A stretch of 64,000 bases of DNA, from assembly GCA_031291795.1 (NCBI GenBank), contig JARLIJ010000021.1:12751-76750 (forward strand), read 5' to 3'. Numbering within the stretch: the first letter of the stretch is position 1; the number at the start of each line of letters is the position of its first letter. Position numbers and translations under genes: made by a program. This document shows, piece by piece, positions 28,271 through 40,013 of this stretch. The notes beneath the pieces were generated by a model, which worked only from the letters and a program-made list of their open reading frames with translations, searched no databases and had not been told where the DNA came from. Source of the DNA: Acetobacteraceae bacterium (GTDB lineage: Bacteria; Pseudomonadota; Alphaproteobacteria; Acetobacterales; Acetobacteraceae).

Positions 28271-28933
28271 GTGCGCGTGCTTCTCGCCGATGCTCAACCG
28301 TTTATTCGGCGAGGCCTCCTCGGTCTCCTGAGTGAGACGTTCCCGAATTGGTCGTTCCGCCAGGTCGGCAGCCGGCCGCAAGCCCTGGAATACATGGCGA
28401 CGGGCAGCGGACGGATGGACGTAGATCTGGCCATCATCGATCTCGACTTGCTCGGGGGGGATGGCAGTGCAAGCATCAGAGCCCTGCGTAAGGCCAATGC
28501 GGCTTTGCGGATCCTGGTCCTGACCAGTACCAGCGACTGGAATACCGTCCTGAGTGGTCTTGCAGCCGGCGTCCACGGCTATTTGCTGAAGGTCGATGCG
28601 TTCGAGCAGCTCTTGCACGCTGTGCGGACGGTCCTGTCCGGCGGGGTTTACGTGCCTGCCCGGCTGCCGGAGCGCAGTTCGGCCGCAGGTCCGTTGCCCG
28701 CGGTTTCAGGCCCTTCGGTCATGGCAGACCTTACAACGCGCCAACAAGAAGTGTTGACCTTGCTGGCTGATGGCCAGTCCACCAAGGATATTGCACGAAA
28801 CCTCAACCTCGGCATCGGTACCGTGAAAGTGCATCTGGGCGGCATTTATCGGGTGCTGTCGGTACCAAATCGATCAGCCGCAGTTGCATGGTTCCACAGT
28901 GCGGGCTTACCGAGTTTGACAAGAAGTCGGTGA
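28271..28933 (+). CDS. NarL/LuxR-family DNA-binding response regulator
   Basis: REC (LADA, IIDLD, GYLLK) plus LTTRQQEVL...GQSTKDIARNL...GTVKVHL HTH. Confidence 0.93.
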   Translation: MRVLLADAQPFIRRGLLGLLSETFPNWSFRQVGSRPQALEYMATGSGRMDVDLAIIDLDLLGGDGSASIRALRKANAALRILVLTSTSDWNTVLSGLAAGVHGYLLKVDAFEQLLHAVRTVLSGGVYVPARLPERSSAAGPLPAVSGPSVMADLTTRQQEVLTLLADGQSTKDIARNLNLGIGTVKVHLGGIYRVLSVPNRSAAVAWFHSAGLPSLTRSR

Positions 28934-29002
28934 TTCCACCGTTCGCGGGTTCGCGCGCCCTTGCGGGAAACGTCGTTGCAGCCCGGCCAGGCTATCCAGG
29001 TA

Positions 29003-31078
29003 TCATATGCTTCCCAAGGCCCGGAGGCGTGATTTCGGGTGGATCTCCTGCTGGGCCAGCACCACCGTGGTGGGTCGGGAACGCGCAATGACCATGCGGA
29101 CGTGCGGCCGTATCAGCGAGGAACAGACCACCACGGGATGTTCATCGGGGATCGCGTCAATGGCAACCTTCAGGCTTCGGACGAACTCGCGCAATTTGGA
29201 AGGGGGGATCGCCAGGTGCCGGTCATCGCCTTGCGGAACGATGGAATCCGCAAATGCCGCCTCCCATTCCGACGAGAGAGGCAGTGCCGGGATGTAACCA
29301 CCCGGCCCGGTATTGGCCATGCTGATCTGACGCGCCAATTTGATCCGAACCTGGGCCAGGATCGCCGGGATTGTTTTCGCGCCGTTCCCGCAGGCCTCTT
29401 GTACGCCTTCGAGGATGGCAGGAAGATCGCGGATGGAGACGCGCTCCGCGAGCAAGCCCTGCAGGACCCGTTGCAATCCTCCTGTCGTGATCATCGATGG
29501 GATCAGCTCTGCCACCAGCCGCTGGTGCTCCTTGGGCAGACCGTCCAATAGCTTTTGGGTCTCGGAATACGACAGCAGCTCGTCCAGGTTGCCACGGATC
29601 AGCTCGGTCAGATGTGTGATCAGGACGCTCGCCAGGTCGACGACGGTGCAGCCCTTGAGAACCGCCTCCTGCCGCTTGATCTCGCTGATCCATACGGCGG
29701 GAAGACCGAAAGCCGGTTCGGTCGTCCGCTCCCCCTCCACCTCGGCGAAGCCTCCGGCAGGGTTGATGGCAAGCAGCATACCGGGACGCAAGTCGCCCTT
29801 GCCGGCCTCGAGTTCCTTGATCCGAAAGCAGTAGCTGTTTGCCGGCAGCTCCATGTTGTCCTGGACTCGCACCGGCGGCAGGATAAATCCCATCTCCATC
29901 GCGAATGTTTTGCGCAACACCTTGATCTTCTGAGTCAGCAGAGCACCATCGCCGCTGGCAAGACTGAGCAGCCCGAAGCCAAGTTCCAGTCGCAGGGTAT
30001 CGATTTGCAGGGCCTGTGTGATGGGCGGCTCCACGACCTCGGCGGACTTGATCCCCTGGGCCACGGCCTTTGCGGCATCCATCTGGCTACGACGCCGCAT
30101 CCATGCGCCGCTACCGGCCAGCCCGGCCAAAGTGAGGAACGGCAGCGCAGGCAGGCCCGGCAGTGTTGCAAGCAGTGCAGCGGCGCCGGCCGCCACCGCC
30201 ATCGCCTGCGGTGAGGCGCCGAGCTGCCGGACGATGGCCTTGTCCGCGGTGCCTTCGATGCCGCCTTTGGTGACGACGATGCCGGCTGCCGTAGACACCA
30301 GCAGCGCGGGGATCTGCGACACCAGCCCGTCGCCGACGGTCAGCGTGGTAAAGGTCGCAAAAGCATCGCCGACGACCATGCCATGGCGAAACACGCCGAT
30401 GGTCAGGCCGCCCACGATGTTGATGACTGTGATGATCAGGCCGGCAATTGCGTCGCCCCGGACGAACTTCGCAGCGCCGTCCATTGCGCCGTAGAACGAA
30501 CTCTCTTCCTCCAGTTCCCGTCGCCGCCGCTTCGCCTCGACATCGTTGATCAGCCCGGAGGACATTTCCGAATCGATCGCCATCTGCTTGCCGGGCATGG
30601 CATCGAGGCTGAAACGGGCGGCGACCTCGGCGATGCGGCCAGACCCCTTGGTGATCACCATGAAGTTCACGACCAGCAAGATCGAGAACACAATAACGCC
30701 GATCAGGACGTCGCCGCCCATCAGGAAGCCACCGAACGCGGCGACGACGTGGCCGGCCGCCAGCGGGCCTTCGTAGCCGTGCGAAAGTACCAACCGGGTG
30801 GTCGCGACGTTCAGCGACAGGCGCAGCAGGGTGCTGATCAGCAGCAGGGTGGGAAAGCTGGTGAAATCGAGCGGCCGGACAATGAACAGGCCCACCATCA
30901 GGATCAGCACGCTGGCCGTGATCGACAGGGCAAGGCCGCAATCCAGCAGAAAGGGCGGCAGCGGCAACACCAGAATGACCAGCAGCGCCATGACACCGAA
31001 TGCCAGGCCAAGGTCGCTGCCTATTCGCAGTGATTTGGTCTGGGTCCCCAACCGGGAAAGAACGTCGGCGACCGCCAT
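29003..31078 (-). CDS. flhA: Flagellar export gate protein FlhA
   Basis: ITKGSGRIAEVAARFSLDAMPGKQMAID, FYGAMDGAAKFVRGDAIAG. Confidence 0.97.
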   Translation of the reverse strand: MAVADVLSRLGTQTKSLRIGSDLGLAFGVMALLVILVLPLPPFLLDCGLALSITASVLILMVGLFIVRPLDFTSFPTLLLISTLLRLSLNVATTRLVLSHGYEGPLAAGHVVAAFGGFLMGGDVLIGVIVFSILLVVNFMVITKGSGRIAEVAARFSLDAMPGKQMAIDSEMSSGLINDVEAKRRRRELEEESSFYGAMDGAAKFVRGDAIAGLIITVINIVGGLTIGVFRHGMVVGDAFATFTTLTVGDGLVSQIPALLVSTAAGIVVTKGGIEGTADKAIVRQLGASPQAMAVAAGAAALLATLPGLPALPFLTLAGLAGSGAWMRRRSQMDAAKAVAQGIKSAEVVEPPITQALQIDTLRLELGFGLLSLASGDGALLTQKIKVLRKTFAMEMGFILPPVRVQDNMELPANSYCFRIKELEAGKGDLRPGMLLAINPAGGFAEVEGERTTEPAFGLPAVWISEIKRQEAVLKGCTVVDLASVLITHLTELIRGNLDELLSYSETQKLLDGLPKEHQRLVAELIPSMITTGGLQRVLQGLLAERVSIRDLPAILEGVQEACGNGAKTIPAILAQVRIKLARQISMANTGPGGYIPALPLSSEWEAAFADSIVPQGDDRHLAIPPSKLREFVRSLKVAIDAIPDEHPVVVCSSLIRPHVRMVIARSRPTTVVLAQQEIHPKSRLRALGSI

Positions 31079-31082
31079 CGGC

Positions 31083-32444
<1,362 letters not shown>

Positions 32445-32445
32445 G

Positions 32446-32757
32446 TCAGTTCACGCGGTCGGACTTGACGATCTCGGTCATCGTGATGCCGAGCCGGTCG
32501 TCCTCGACCACCACCACCTCGCCACGGGCGACCAAGCGGTTGTTGACGTAAATGTCGATGGCCTCGCCAAGCTTGCGATCGAGTTCGACCACGGCGCCGC
32601 GACCAAGCTTGAGCAATTGCGACACCTGCATCGAGGCCTTGCCCAAAACGGCCGAAACCGTGACGGGGACATCGTAGATCGCTTCCAGGTCGGCATTGCC
32701 GCTGTGGGTGTCCGGGGGGGTGGATACCGCCACGTCGAAGTCATCCTCACTGGCCAT
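32446..32757 (-). CDS. fliN: Flagellar motor switch protein FliN
   Basis: DVPVTVSAVLG...LLKLGRGAVVELDR...VARGEVVVV. Confidence 0.96.
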   Translation of the reverse strand: MASEDDFDVAVSTPPDTHSGNADLEAIYDVPVTVSAVLGKASMQVSQLLKLGRGAVVELDRKLGEAIDIYVNNRLVARGEVVVVEDDRLGITMTEIVKSDRVN

Positions 32758-33472
32758 CGTTCTCGTCCTTTGCTTCGGGATGGCTCAGGGCAGGATGCAG
32801 CGCTTCCATGATCGCTTGCCAAACCTGGGCCGGTCGCCGACTGGCGTGACCGGAGCCCCAGGAGACCCGTGCATCGCCGTCCTTCATGTCGTCCAGACCG
32901 ACGACGCTGATCTTGTCGCGCAGCTCCTGGTCCAACGGTGCCAACGCGGCCACGATATCGTCGGCAATCTCGCTCGGAACCTCGACCCGAACCGTCGGCT
33001 CACGCGACAGGCCGGGCAGGACGTGGTTCAGCATGGCACTCACTTCGCTCAGCGCGGAGCGTTGGATCAGCTCGGGCATGACGCCACGCATCGCCGCTAT
33101 CAAGGTTTTGGCCAGGGCGTCGGCAGCCTGGTCGGCAACGCGAGCCGCTTCGTCGCGTCCGTCTGCGATGGCAGCGGCGATGACCCCGAGGGCGTTGATT
33201 TCGGATGCCGTTTTGGCCGCCTCCCGGGAAGCGGCTGCATCGGCCAGGCCGGCAGCGCGGCCCGCATCGAAGCTTTCCTGCCTGACCGCGGCAAGCTCCG
33301 CCTGGCTGAACTGGGGCGGGAGCGGCTGCCGGAGGGCCTCGTCATTGAGGTCACGCTGCAGGAACAGTGACGCACGACCCATCCGTGCCAGGACGTGGTC
33401 GGGTGGCAGAGAACCGCGTTCACGCGGGACCCAATGCGGCTCGAAAGCGGGCAAGATGGCCTTTTCATACAT
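32747..33472 (-). CDS. fliH: Flagellar assembly protein FliH
   Basis: FSQAELAAVRQESFDAGRAAG, GDARVSW; located between fliG and fliN. Confidence 0.85.
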   Translation of the reverse strand: MYEKAILPAFEPHWVPRERGSLPPDHVLARMGRASLFLQRDLNDEALRQPLPPQFSQAELAAVRQESFDAGRAAGLADAAASREAAKTASEINALGVIAAAIADGRDEAARVADQAADALAKTLIAAMRGVMPELIQRSALSEVSAMLNHVLPGLSREPTVRVEVPSEIADDIVAALAPLDQELRDKISVVGLDDMKDGDARVSWGSGHASRRPAQVWQAIMEALHPALSHPEAKDENDGQ

Positions 33473-33474
33473 TG

Positions 33475-34491
33475 CTAGAAGACAACCTCCTCTTCACTGG
33501 CCTGCTTGATTTCGATCCGGCCTTCGGCGGCAAGATCCTTTGCCACACGCACCAACTCCGCACGGGCCTGATCCACGTCCCGCAGTTTCACCGGTCCGAG
33601 GCCCTCCAACTCCTCGCGCAGCATCTTGGCAGCGCGGTCGGACAGGTTCCGGAAGAACAGGTCCTTTATGTCGTTGGCCGCGCCCTTCAGCGCCATGGCG
33701 ATTCTGTCCTTCTGCACGGTACGCAGCAGGACCTGGATCCCTTGGGCGGAGATGCGCCCAAGATCATCGAAGGTGAACATCAGCGCGCGGATCCGGTCCG
33801 CCGCGTCCTGGTCGCGACGTTCCAGCGCCTCGAGAAATTTCGTCTCCGACCTCCGGTCCAGGTGATTGAAGATCGTTGCCATTTGCTCATGGGGATCGGT
33901 CCGCGATGTGCGTGCCAGATTGGACATGAACTCCAACCGCAGGGTACGTTCGACGTCCGTAAGGACGTCTGGCTGCACTGTCTCCATGCACAGCAGACGC
34001 ACGACGACCTCGGTGGCAAAGCCTTCGGGCAACTCGGCGAGTACCCTGGCGGCATGGTCCGGCCTGAGCTTGGAAATCACCACGGCAACGGTCTGCGGGT
34101 ACTCGTTCTTCAGATAGCTCGCGAGCACGTCCTCATCGACATTGCCAAGCTTGTCCCACATCGTTCGGCCGGCGGGTCCGTGGATCTCCTCCATGATCTG
34201 CGCAACACGGGATGGCGGCAACGACATCAGCAGCAGTCGTTCGGTGCTTTCGATGCCGCCGACGAGCCCGGTCGCGTTGTTCACACTGTCGTTGAACTCG
34301 GCGCAGAGCTGTTCGACGATCTCGGCTGGAATCGGTCCAAGGTGCACCAAAGCCTTCGACACTTCACGGATCTCATCATCATGCAGCATCGTGAAGAGCT
34401 TGCCGCCCTGGACGTCGCCAAGGGCCAGGACCAGAATCGCCGCCTTTTGCGGCCCGGTCAAAGCGCCATAGTCCGGACTGGTGATGGCCAT
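33475..34491 (-). CDS. fliG: Flagellar motor switch protein FliG
   Basis: LTGPQKAAIL, EYPQTVA, MFTFDDL, NLSDRAA. Confidence 0.97.
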   Translation of the reverse strand: MAITSPDYGALTGPQKAAILVLALGDVQGGKLFTMLHDDEIREVSKALVHLGPIPAEIVEQLCAEFNDSVNNATGLVGGIESTERLLLMSLPPSRVAQIMEEIHGPAGRTMWDKLGNVDEDVLASYLKNEYPQTVAVVISKLRPDHAARVLAELPEGFATEVVVRLLCMETVQPDVLTDVERTLRLEFMSNLARTSRTDPHEQMATIFNHLDRRSETKFLEALERRDQDAADRIRALMFTFDDLGRISAQGIQVLLRTVQKDRIAMALKGAANDIKDLFFRNLSDRAAKMLREELEGLGPVKLRDVDQARAELVRVAKDLAAEGRIEIKQASEEEVVF

Positions 34492-34492
34492 C

Positions 34493-36142
34493 TCAGACCT
34501 TCTTTCCTGCGAGCCAGCCACGCATGACCATGATCGACGCGTCGGGCTGGGTCTCAACCTGCAGGCTGAGCCTGCGAAGAGAAGAGGCCCGCATTTCGCC
34601 CTGGATGTTGGCGACGTTCAGCATGGTATCCTTGTCGCCGGTGTCCACCTCCGGACTGCCGGTCAGCAACTGGTTGGTTTGGACAGGGTTTGCGTCCGTC
34701 AGGAGCGCCTGGACTGCGGTGGGCTGCGGCCCGGCCAGGGCCGGAACCGGAGCCGTGGTCAGCAGGCCGCCCGCGAGCTTCAGCGCCATCGGGCGAATCA
34801 CGAACCCGAGGGAGAACAGGGCAACAATGGCGATCACCCCGAACGTGATCAACGAGACGAGGTCCGCCTTTCCCAGCCGCCACCACGGCCCCGGGGCACC
34901 GGAGTCCGCGAATTCGTCGGGCGCGGAGAAGCGCATGTTGACGACATCGACGTGATCGCCTCGCTTCTCGTCGTAGCCCACCGCCGACTTGACCAGCGTC
35001 GCGACCCGGTCGAGTTCGGGCTGGGTCAGTTCGCGCCATACCGGCTTGTCGCTCGCCCCCGGGGCGGTGATGCCATCGATCAGCACTGCCATGCTGATCT
35101 TCTTGATGGATGGCACGTCGTGAACAATGGTACGGACGGTCTTGTCGATTTCGAAGGTGGTGTTCTCCTCCTGGCGGTTGCCCGACGTTCCGCTTGTGCT
35201 GCTCTGGGTATCGGGGTTCGGAAGGTTGTTTTGGACAGAGACGCCCGCTTGCGGTTCGGTCGTTTTGTTCGAGTCAGAAACGGTCTGCTGATGGCGAACG
35301 ACCTGCCTATCCGGATCAAACCGCTCCTGCGTCTCGTTCACGCGGTCGAAATCCATGTCGACAGTGGCTTCCGCGCGGACGTGTCCCGGGCCGAGCGTGC
35401 GGCCCAGCATATCTTCAACTGCCGCGTCCAGGCGTTGTTCGATGGCCCTGCGAACGTCGCCATTGCTTCCGGTCCCGCCGTCGGCACCTGTCCGCCCGGG
35501 TCGCGCAAGCAGTTCGCCGCGGTTGTCAATCAGACTGATGTTCTGCGCCTTCAGTCCGGGCACGGCGGTCGAGACGAGATTGACGATGGCCTGCACTTCC
35601 TCATCACCCATCCGCTGTGCGCCGGCCATCGCAAGCACGATCGAGGCTTTCGCTTCCTGCTGTTCCCGCGCGAACGGCTCTCGCCTGGCGAGCACAAGAT
35701 GAACGCGAGCATTACGGACGCCGCGTATGGTACGGATGGTCCGCCCGAGTTCACCCTCCAGTGCGCGCAGCTGATTCATCTGCTGCTGAAACTGGTTCGA
35801 CGTCAGGCTGTCGCTGCGGTCGAAGACCTCGTACCCGACCGATCCGCCGGTCGGCAGGCCCTCGTGAGCCATCGCCAGACGCAGGCGGTCGACCTGGTCC
35901 GATGGGACGAGTATTTCCGTTCCGTTGTCCTTCAGCTGATAGACGACATGCATCTTGTCGAGCGCGCCCGCGACCGAGGCGGAGTCCTGCAGCTCCAGAT
36001 TGCTGTAGAGCAGAGCCATCGGCTGGGTGCCGCCGCGCAGCGCGACGGCGACGATGATTGCCAGGACAGCCAGGCCCACGCCGGCGATGCCAAGCAGACG
36101 CGGGACGCCGAGGGTCTTCAGGCTTTCGAGAAAGCGCTTCAC
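34493..36142 (-). CDS. fliF: Flagellar M-ring protein FliF
   Basis: GYEVFD, RALEGELGRTI, ARVHLV, SAVGYDEKRGD; two TMs; GTG start. Confidence 0.97.
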   Translation of the reverse strand: MKRFLESLKTLGVPRLLGIAGVGLAVLAIIVAVALRGGTQPMALLYSNLELQDSASVAGALDKMHVVYQLKDNGTEILVPSDQVDRLRLAMAHEGLPTGGSVGYEVFDRSDSLTSNQFQQQMNQLRALEGELGRTIRTIRGVRNARVHLVLARREPFAREQQEAKASIVLAMAGAQRMGDEEVQAIVNLVSTAVPGLKAQNISLIDNRGELLARPGRTGADGGTGSNGDVRRAIEQRLDAAVEDMLGRTLGPGHVRAEATVDMDFDRVNETQERFDPDRQVVRHQQTVSDSNKTTEPQAGVSVQNNLPNPDTQSSTSGTSGNRQEENTTFEIDKTVRTIVHDVPSIKKISMAVLIDGITAPGASDKPVWRELTQPELDRVATLVKSAVGYDEKRGDHVDVVNMRFSAPDEFADSGAPGPWWRLGKADLVSLITFGVIAIVALFSLGFVIRPMALKLAGGLLTTAPVPALAGPQPTAVQALLTDANPVQTNQLLTGSPEVDTGDKDTMLNVANIQGEMRASSLRRLSLQVETQPDASIMVMRGWLAGKKV

Positions 36143-36235
36143 CGGGGATCCAGCCCCACGATGCACCTTTCATCCGAGCCCATCGTCAGCCACTTCCCAG
36201 CTTGCACCGTGGTGCTCCCATGCCGCTGAACATAT

Positions 36236-36285
36236 TTATAGGTGCGAGATTGCGCTTTGCCGTCAGGTGGCGGCGATATTTGCCT
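36236..36285 (-). promoter_or_regulatory. Putative fliF promoter: CCTATAA -10 element plus ftr-like site
   Basis: ttatagg at 36236-36242; CGGCGATATTTGCC (GGC-N7-GCC) at 36271-36284. Confidence 0.5.
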
Positions 36286-36601
36286 CGTAGGGGCAGTTTC
36301 GCCGCTGCACCGTGCCTTTCCGGTGCCGAGCGATCGGAGCAGCAGACGCGTTCGATTCCGTCCGATGCTGGTGCTGGCTATGTCCAGAGCACGGCACCTT
36401 TTTCCCTGGCGGCTTGATTGGGCGATGGCGGCGATCAGGCGCGCGTTCCGGAGAATAGCGAGCAGAGACCCCCTCTCGGAAGGGTCTGTCGCCTGTCCTA
36501 ATGGGGAAATTATCGGAATTCATAATGGAGAATTCGGTCGTTCCCGGCACCGGGATATTCGGTTTCGGATGTAACGGACCTATTGTCCGCTGCTCCGTTG
36601 G

Positions 36602-37324
36602 TCAGGCGATCACGGATGCTGCCTGGCCCTGCGCGGCTTGTCCGCTTTGCGATGCATAGCTTTGGATCGCGTCCATGATCTGCTGAAGCATCTGGGCTGC
36701 AGCCAAGGAGCTGGTGGTCGAAGCTTGCGCACTTGCTGCGCCGGTCGATGCGGCGGTGGTGGTGTCAGCCGAGTTCGATGCGATGGCCTGACTCGCCGTC
36801 GACGAGGATGTTCCATCCGTCGAACTTCCCGAGTTTGGCCGAGGCGGCGGCGGTCCGAACGGTTGATCAACCGACGACGACTGGCTGGTCGATGTAGCCT
36901 GCAGGCTGCTCAGCAAGGAGTCCAGATCTGCGATAACGCTCGAAGTGCTTGTGCCTGTGGTCGCGGCAGTGCCTGCTGTCGTCGCATTGGCCGCAGATGT
37001 TCCGGTCGACGCGGTGCCTGCTGTCGTGGTGCTGTTGTTCGAGCCTGACGTTGTATCCGGCTGAAGGCCGAGCAGGTAAGACCGGAGATCGGTGAGCAGC
37101 TTGGTAAGGGAGCTGTCCAAGGTGGTGGAAGACGTATTGCTTGCGGCCGTCGTGTCGCTGGTGGCCGTGGAACCAGTGGAAGAGTTTGCCGCGTTACTGG
37201 TGGAAGATGTATCCGTCGCATCGATACCTTGCGACGATGTACTGTTTTGCGCTGCCCGCAATTGTTGCAGGAGCTGCCATTGCGCCAGCGTGCTGCTGCC
37301 GCCTGAGACTGAACTTATCGACAT
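36602..37324 (-). CDS. Ser/Thr/Ala-rich low-complexity hypothetical protein
   Basis: Long ORF, MSISSVSGGSS start; own TTGTCA...CCTATAA promoter-like element (-10 at 37372-37378); C-terminal QIMDAIQSY helix. Confidence 0.75.
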   Translation of the reverse strand: MSISSVSGGSSTLAQWQLLQQLRAAQNSTSSQGIDATDTSSTSNAANSSTGSTATSDTTAASNTSSTTLDSSLTKLLTDLRSYLLGLQPDTTSGSNNSTTTAGTASTGTSAANATTAGTAATTGTSTSSVIADLDSLLSSLQATSTSQSSSVDQPFGPPPPRPNSGSSTDGTSSSTASQAIASNSADTTTAASTGAASAQASTTSSLAAAQMLQQIMDAIQSYASQSGQAAQGQAASVIA

Positions 37325-37481
37325 CGATAACCCCCAAGGAATGCGTCCCAAACGCAAATTCCTCCCGGTGGTTATAGGCACGCATCATTGAATGACAACG
37401 AAGGTATACTCGGCCCAGGTCGGAACAACGGCGCCTGCCACGGGGTTGGAGACCTTTCCTGCCGGCACCGCGCCCGCGGCA

Positions 37482-38135
37482 TCATCCCCCTGAGGAGGTC
37501 ATCGAGACGATCTGGCTATAGGGGACCGTGGCAGCGCCAAACTCCAATTGAACGGCCTGGTTCACCTGCTCCGCTCCGGTGACCGTACCGACCGCCTGGA
37601 ACGGCACGGCCGTGCCGCCGGACGTCACCGTGACGGTGTAGGCGCCATCCGACAGTTGCTTTCCGGCGCTGTTGGTGCCGTCCCATGTCCAGGTATTCGT
37701 CCCGGCCGCGGCGTTCACCGTTTCCGATTTGACTGTCGTTCCGCTCGAATTCGTCACGGTGACCAGCACGGGTTCGGCGGCACTCGTCTGATAATTGACC
37801 TGAGCCGAACCACTCTGCAGCGGCAAGGTGCCGCCGGTGAACGTCACCTTGTCTCCGACAAGGGCGTTTGCCTGGCTGAGCTGCTGAGTCTGGTTTGCCG
37901 CCAGGATACTGGTGAGAGTCGTGTTGGCCGTGATCTGTTCGGCCACCCCCGTGAACTGAACCAATTGACTGGTGAACTGGCTGGTGTCCATCGGGGACGT
38001 GGGATCCTGGTTCTGCAGCTGGGTGGTCAGCAGCGACAGAAAGTCATTGAAGTTGCCAGCCAGCGAAGTCAACGCGCTTGTCGAGCCCGCGCTGCTGCTC
38101 GTGTTCGTGGTGGGCGTTGTGCTTGATACCGTCAT
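37482..38135 (-). CDS. flgD: Flagellar hook capping protein FlgD
   Basis: FLSLLTTQLQNQDPTSPMD..FTSQLVQF, WDGTNSAG..LSDGAY. Confidence 0.96.
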   Translation of the reverse strand: MTVSSTTPTTNTSSSAGSTSALTSLAGNFNDFLSLLTTQLQNQDPTSPMDTSQFTSQLVQFTGVAEQITANTTLTSILAANQTQQLSQANALVGDKVTFTGGTLPLQSGSAQVNYQTSAAEPVLVTVTNSSGTTVKSETVNAAAGTNTWTWDGTNSAGKQLSDGAYTVTVTSGGTAVPFQAVGTVTGAEQVNQAVQLEFGAATVPYSQIVSMTSSGG

Positions 38136-38188
38136 GGGTCGCTCTTTGTTTCGGTTGCTCGACGAGGGACGCTGTCAGGAATTCGTGG

Positions 38189-39928
38189 TCATGCGGTAAC
38201 GTCGATGCCGCCGCGGGCTGCCGCGGCTGCGGCGACCGGAGCAGGCGTGGATTCCGCGGCATAGGATCCGGAAACCTCTGCCGGTTGGTGTTCGCCGGGC
38301 TGGTTGCCCCAGCCATCCCATCCCTGCATCCCGCCACCTCCGCCGTTCCAGGAGAAGGACAGATTATGGCCGTCCTGTCCGACACCAGCCTGATTCAGGG
38401 CATGTGTCAGGTCCGACTGGTCGTGTCGCAACATGTCCAGGGTGGCAAGCTGTTCGGCTGCGACGTGGATGGAGGTTGTGCCATCCGCTGCGCGTTCCAC
38501 AGTGATGTGGACCTGTCCGAGCTGATCGGGCGTAATCGAAATCGACAGGCGCCCCCCAACATTGCCCCCCTGGGCCATCGCCACCAAGGCTGGAGCGACC
38601 TGACTTGCAACCGAAGGCGTGGAGCCGCCATCCGCCGGTAGCGACCGGGGAGCATCGGCCACGCTCGCAGAGGGCGCCTGTGCACCGGTCGTCTCAATTG
38701 CAACGGTCTGGAGATCAACGGCCTGGGTGCCGTGTCCCTCGTGCCCATCGGATGGAACCGTCTCTCGCTCGGTCCGATGCACAATTGAACCGGCAACGGC
38801 GCCGAACAGGCCGGCGCTGGCGGGATCGACAGCGAGAAGATTGCTTACTTCCAGGCCGCCAGAAGGCGATCCAACACCCAGGGCATCGGCAGCGGTAACA
38901 GGCGCCTGATCGACCGCCGTGGCGCCGGTATCTCCGATCGACGAGGTCGATGCTCCCGGGCGGGAACCTTTGGAAAATGCGATGCCATCGACCCCGGTCC
39001 CGGTTACGCGCTGCACCATGTCGACCACGGTGGACAGGCTTGTCGCGACACCGCCCGATAGCTGTGACGTAACGGCCGTGGGCGCCTCGCTGTTGCCGGC
39101 CGGTGAGGTGTCGGATGACGTGGAGGGGCCAACACCGGACGCCCGGCTCGGGGTGGCCGGCCGAATCGCCTGGGCAACTGTGCCCAGGACAGACGGATCT
39201 GTCGTGCCCGCAGAAGCCGGCTGGGGCATGGCGGAAGACGGAACGCCGGAGAGGGCTTGCTGGCCCGATAGCTGACTCGCTGTCCCGGTGGACGATGTGT
39301 CCAACAGAAGGGCGTCGGCGATTGCGGCTGCGGTGGGTGCGCTCGTGTCGGCGGTGTCCGGTTTGGCCGTGGCGCCATCCGCCGCTGCAGTAGCATCTGA
39401 ACCGACCGATGAGGATGGCGACGCGCCCCCTCCTCCGGCGATGAGCCTTGCTGCGCTATCGGCGGGTGGTTGCGATGCCCCGCCATTCGCGTCCCCCGAC
39501 ACGCCGTCCGGCTGCCCAGCAGGGTTGACGACAGCCTGCAGGACGGCAGCGGCGGCGGCGGTTGCACCAAGCGCGCCCGGCGCCACCGTGGCCCCGTCTG
39601 TGGCGGAGGCGGCAGGCGGGTGTTCGGAGGGCTTCGCATGGGGCGACGCATCCGGGTCGGCTCGGTCGCGAGACGTGGCCGGCGGATTTGCCGTATGAGC
39701 CGACGACGACGCACCGACCGTTCCGGGCGTCACGGTCTGCGTGCCACCGGCCGAGGAGCGCAGGGTTTTCTCGTGATCGTCTGACTGTGCCGCAGACTCC
39801 TGCGCGCCCTGTTGGACTGACTCCAACACGTCGCCGAATCCCGCTGGCGCCGGGGAACCCGAACCGGCCGCCGGGTCGGCCGGCGCGGACCGCAGCCGTG
39901 CCGATGTGGTTGTCGATACCTTCAGCAT
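38189..39928 (-). CDS. fliK: Flagellar hook-length control protein FliK
   Basis: Long A/S/P/T-rich region, C-terminal ISITPDQLGQVHI, LDMLRHD..L..AL..AG, GGIDVTA; upstream of flgD. Confidence 0.88.
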   Translation of the reverse strand: MLKVSTTTSARLRSAPADPAAGSGSPAPAGFGDVLESVQQGAQESAAQSDDHEKTLRSSAGGTQTVTPGTVGASSSAHTANPPATSRDRADPDASPHAKPSEHPPAASATDGATVAPGALGATAAAAAVLQAVVNPAGQPDGVSGDANGGASQPPADSAARLIAGGGGASPSSSVGSDATAAADGATAKPDTADTSAPTAAAIADALLLDTSSTGTASQLSGQQALSGVPSSAMPQPASAGTTDPSVLGTVAQAIRPATPSRASGVGPSTSSDTSPAGNSEAPTAVTSQLSGGVATSLSTVVDMVQRVTGTGVDGIAFSKGSRPGASTSSIGDTGATAVDQAPVTAADALGVGSPSGGLEVSNLLAVDPASAGLFGAVAGSIVHRTERETVPSDGHEGHGTQAVDLQTVAIETTGAQAPSASVADAPRSLPADGGSTPSVASQVAPALVAMAQGGNVGGRLSISITPDQLGQVHITVERAADGTTSIHVAAEQLATLDMLRHDQSDLTHALNQAGVGQDGHNLSFSWNGGGGGMQGWDGWGNQPGEHQPAEVSGSYAAESTPAPVAAAAAARGGIDVTA

Positions 39929-40013
39929 GATCGTCCTGACCGATGGCGCAAAGCTGCACATCGCCCGTGCTCCGCCTGGCAAGGCGAAGCCTGGCATGAA
40001 CCAGAGTCCGCGC

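Noticed and set aside
36242-36574. Possible sciP (DUF1153) remnant or small ORFs between fliF and the Ser/Thr-rich gene
   Set aside because: No RW...RKA motif in the frames inspected; the ORFs lack an SD and overlap the predicted fliF promoter
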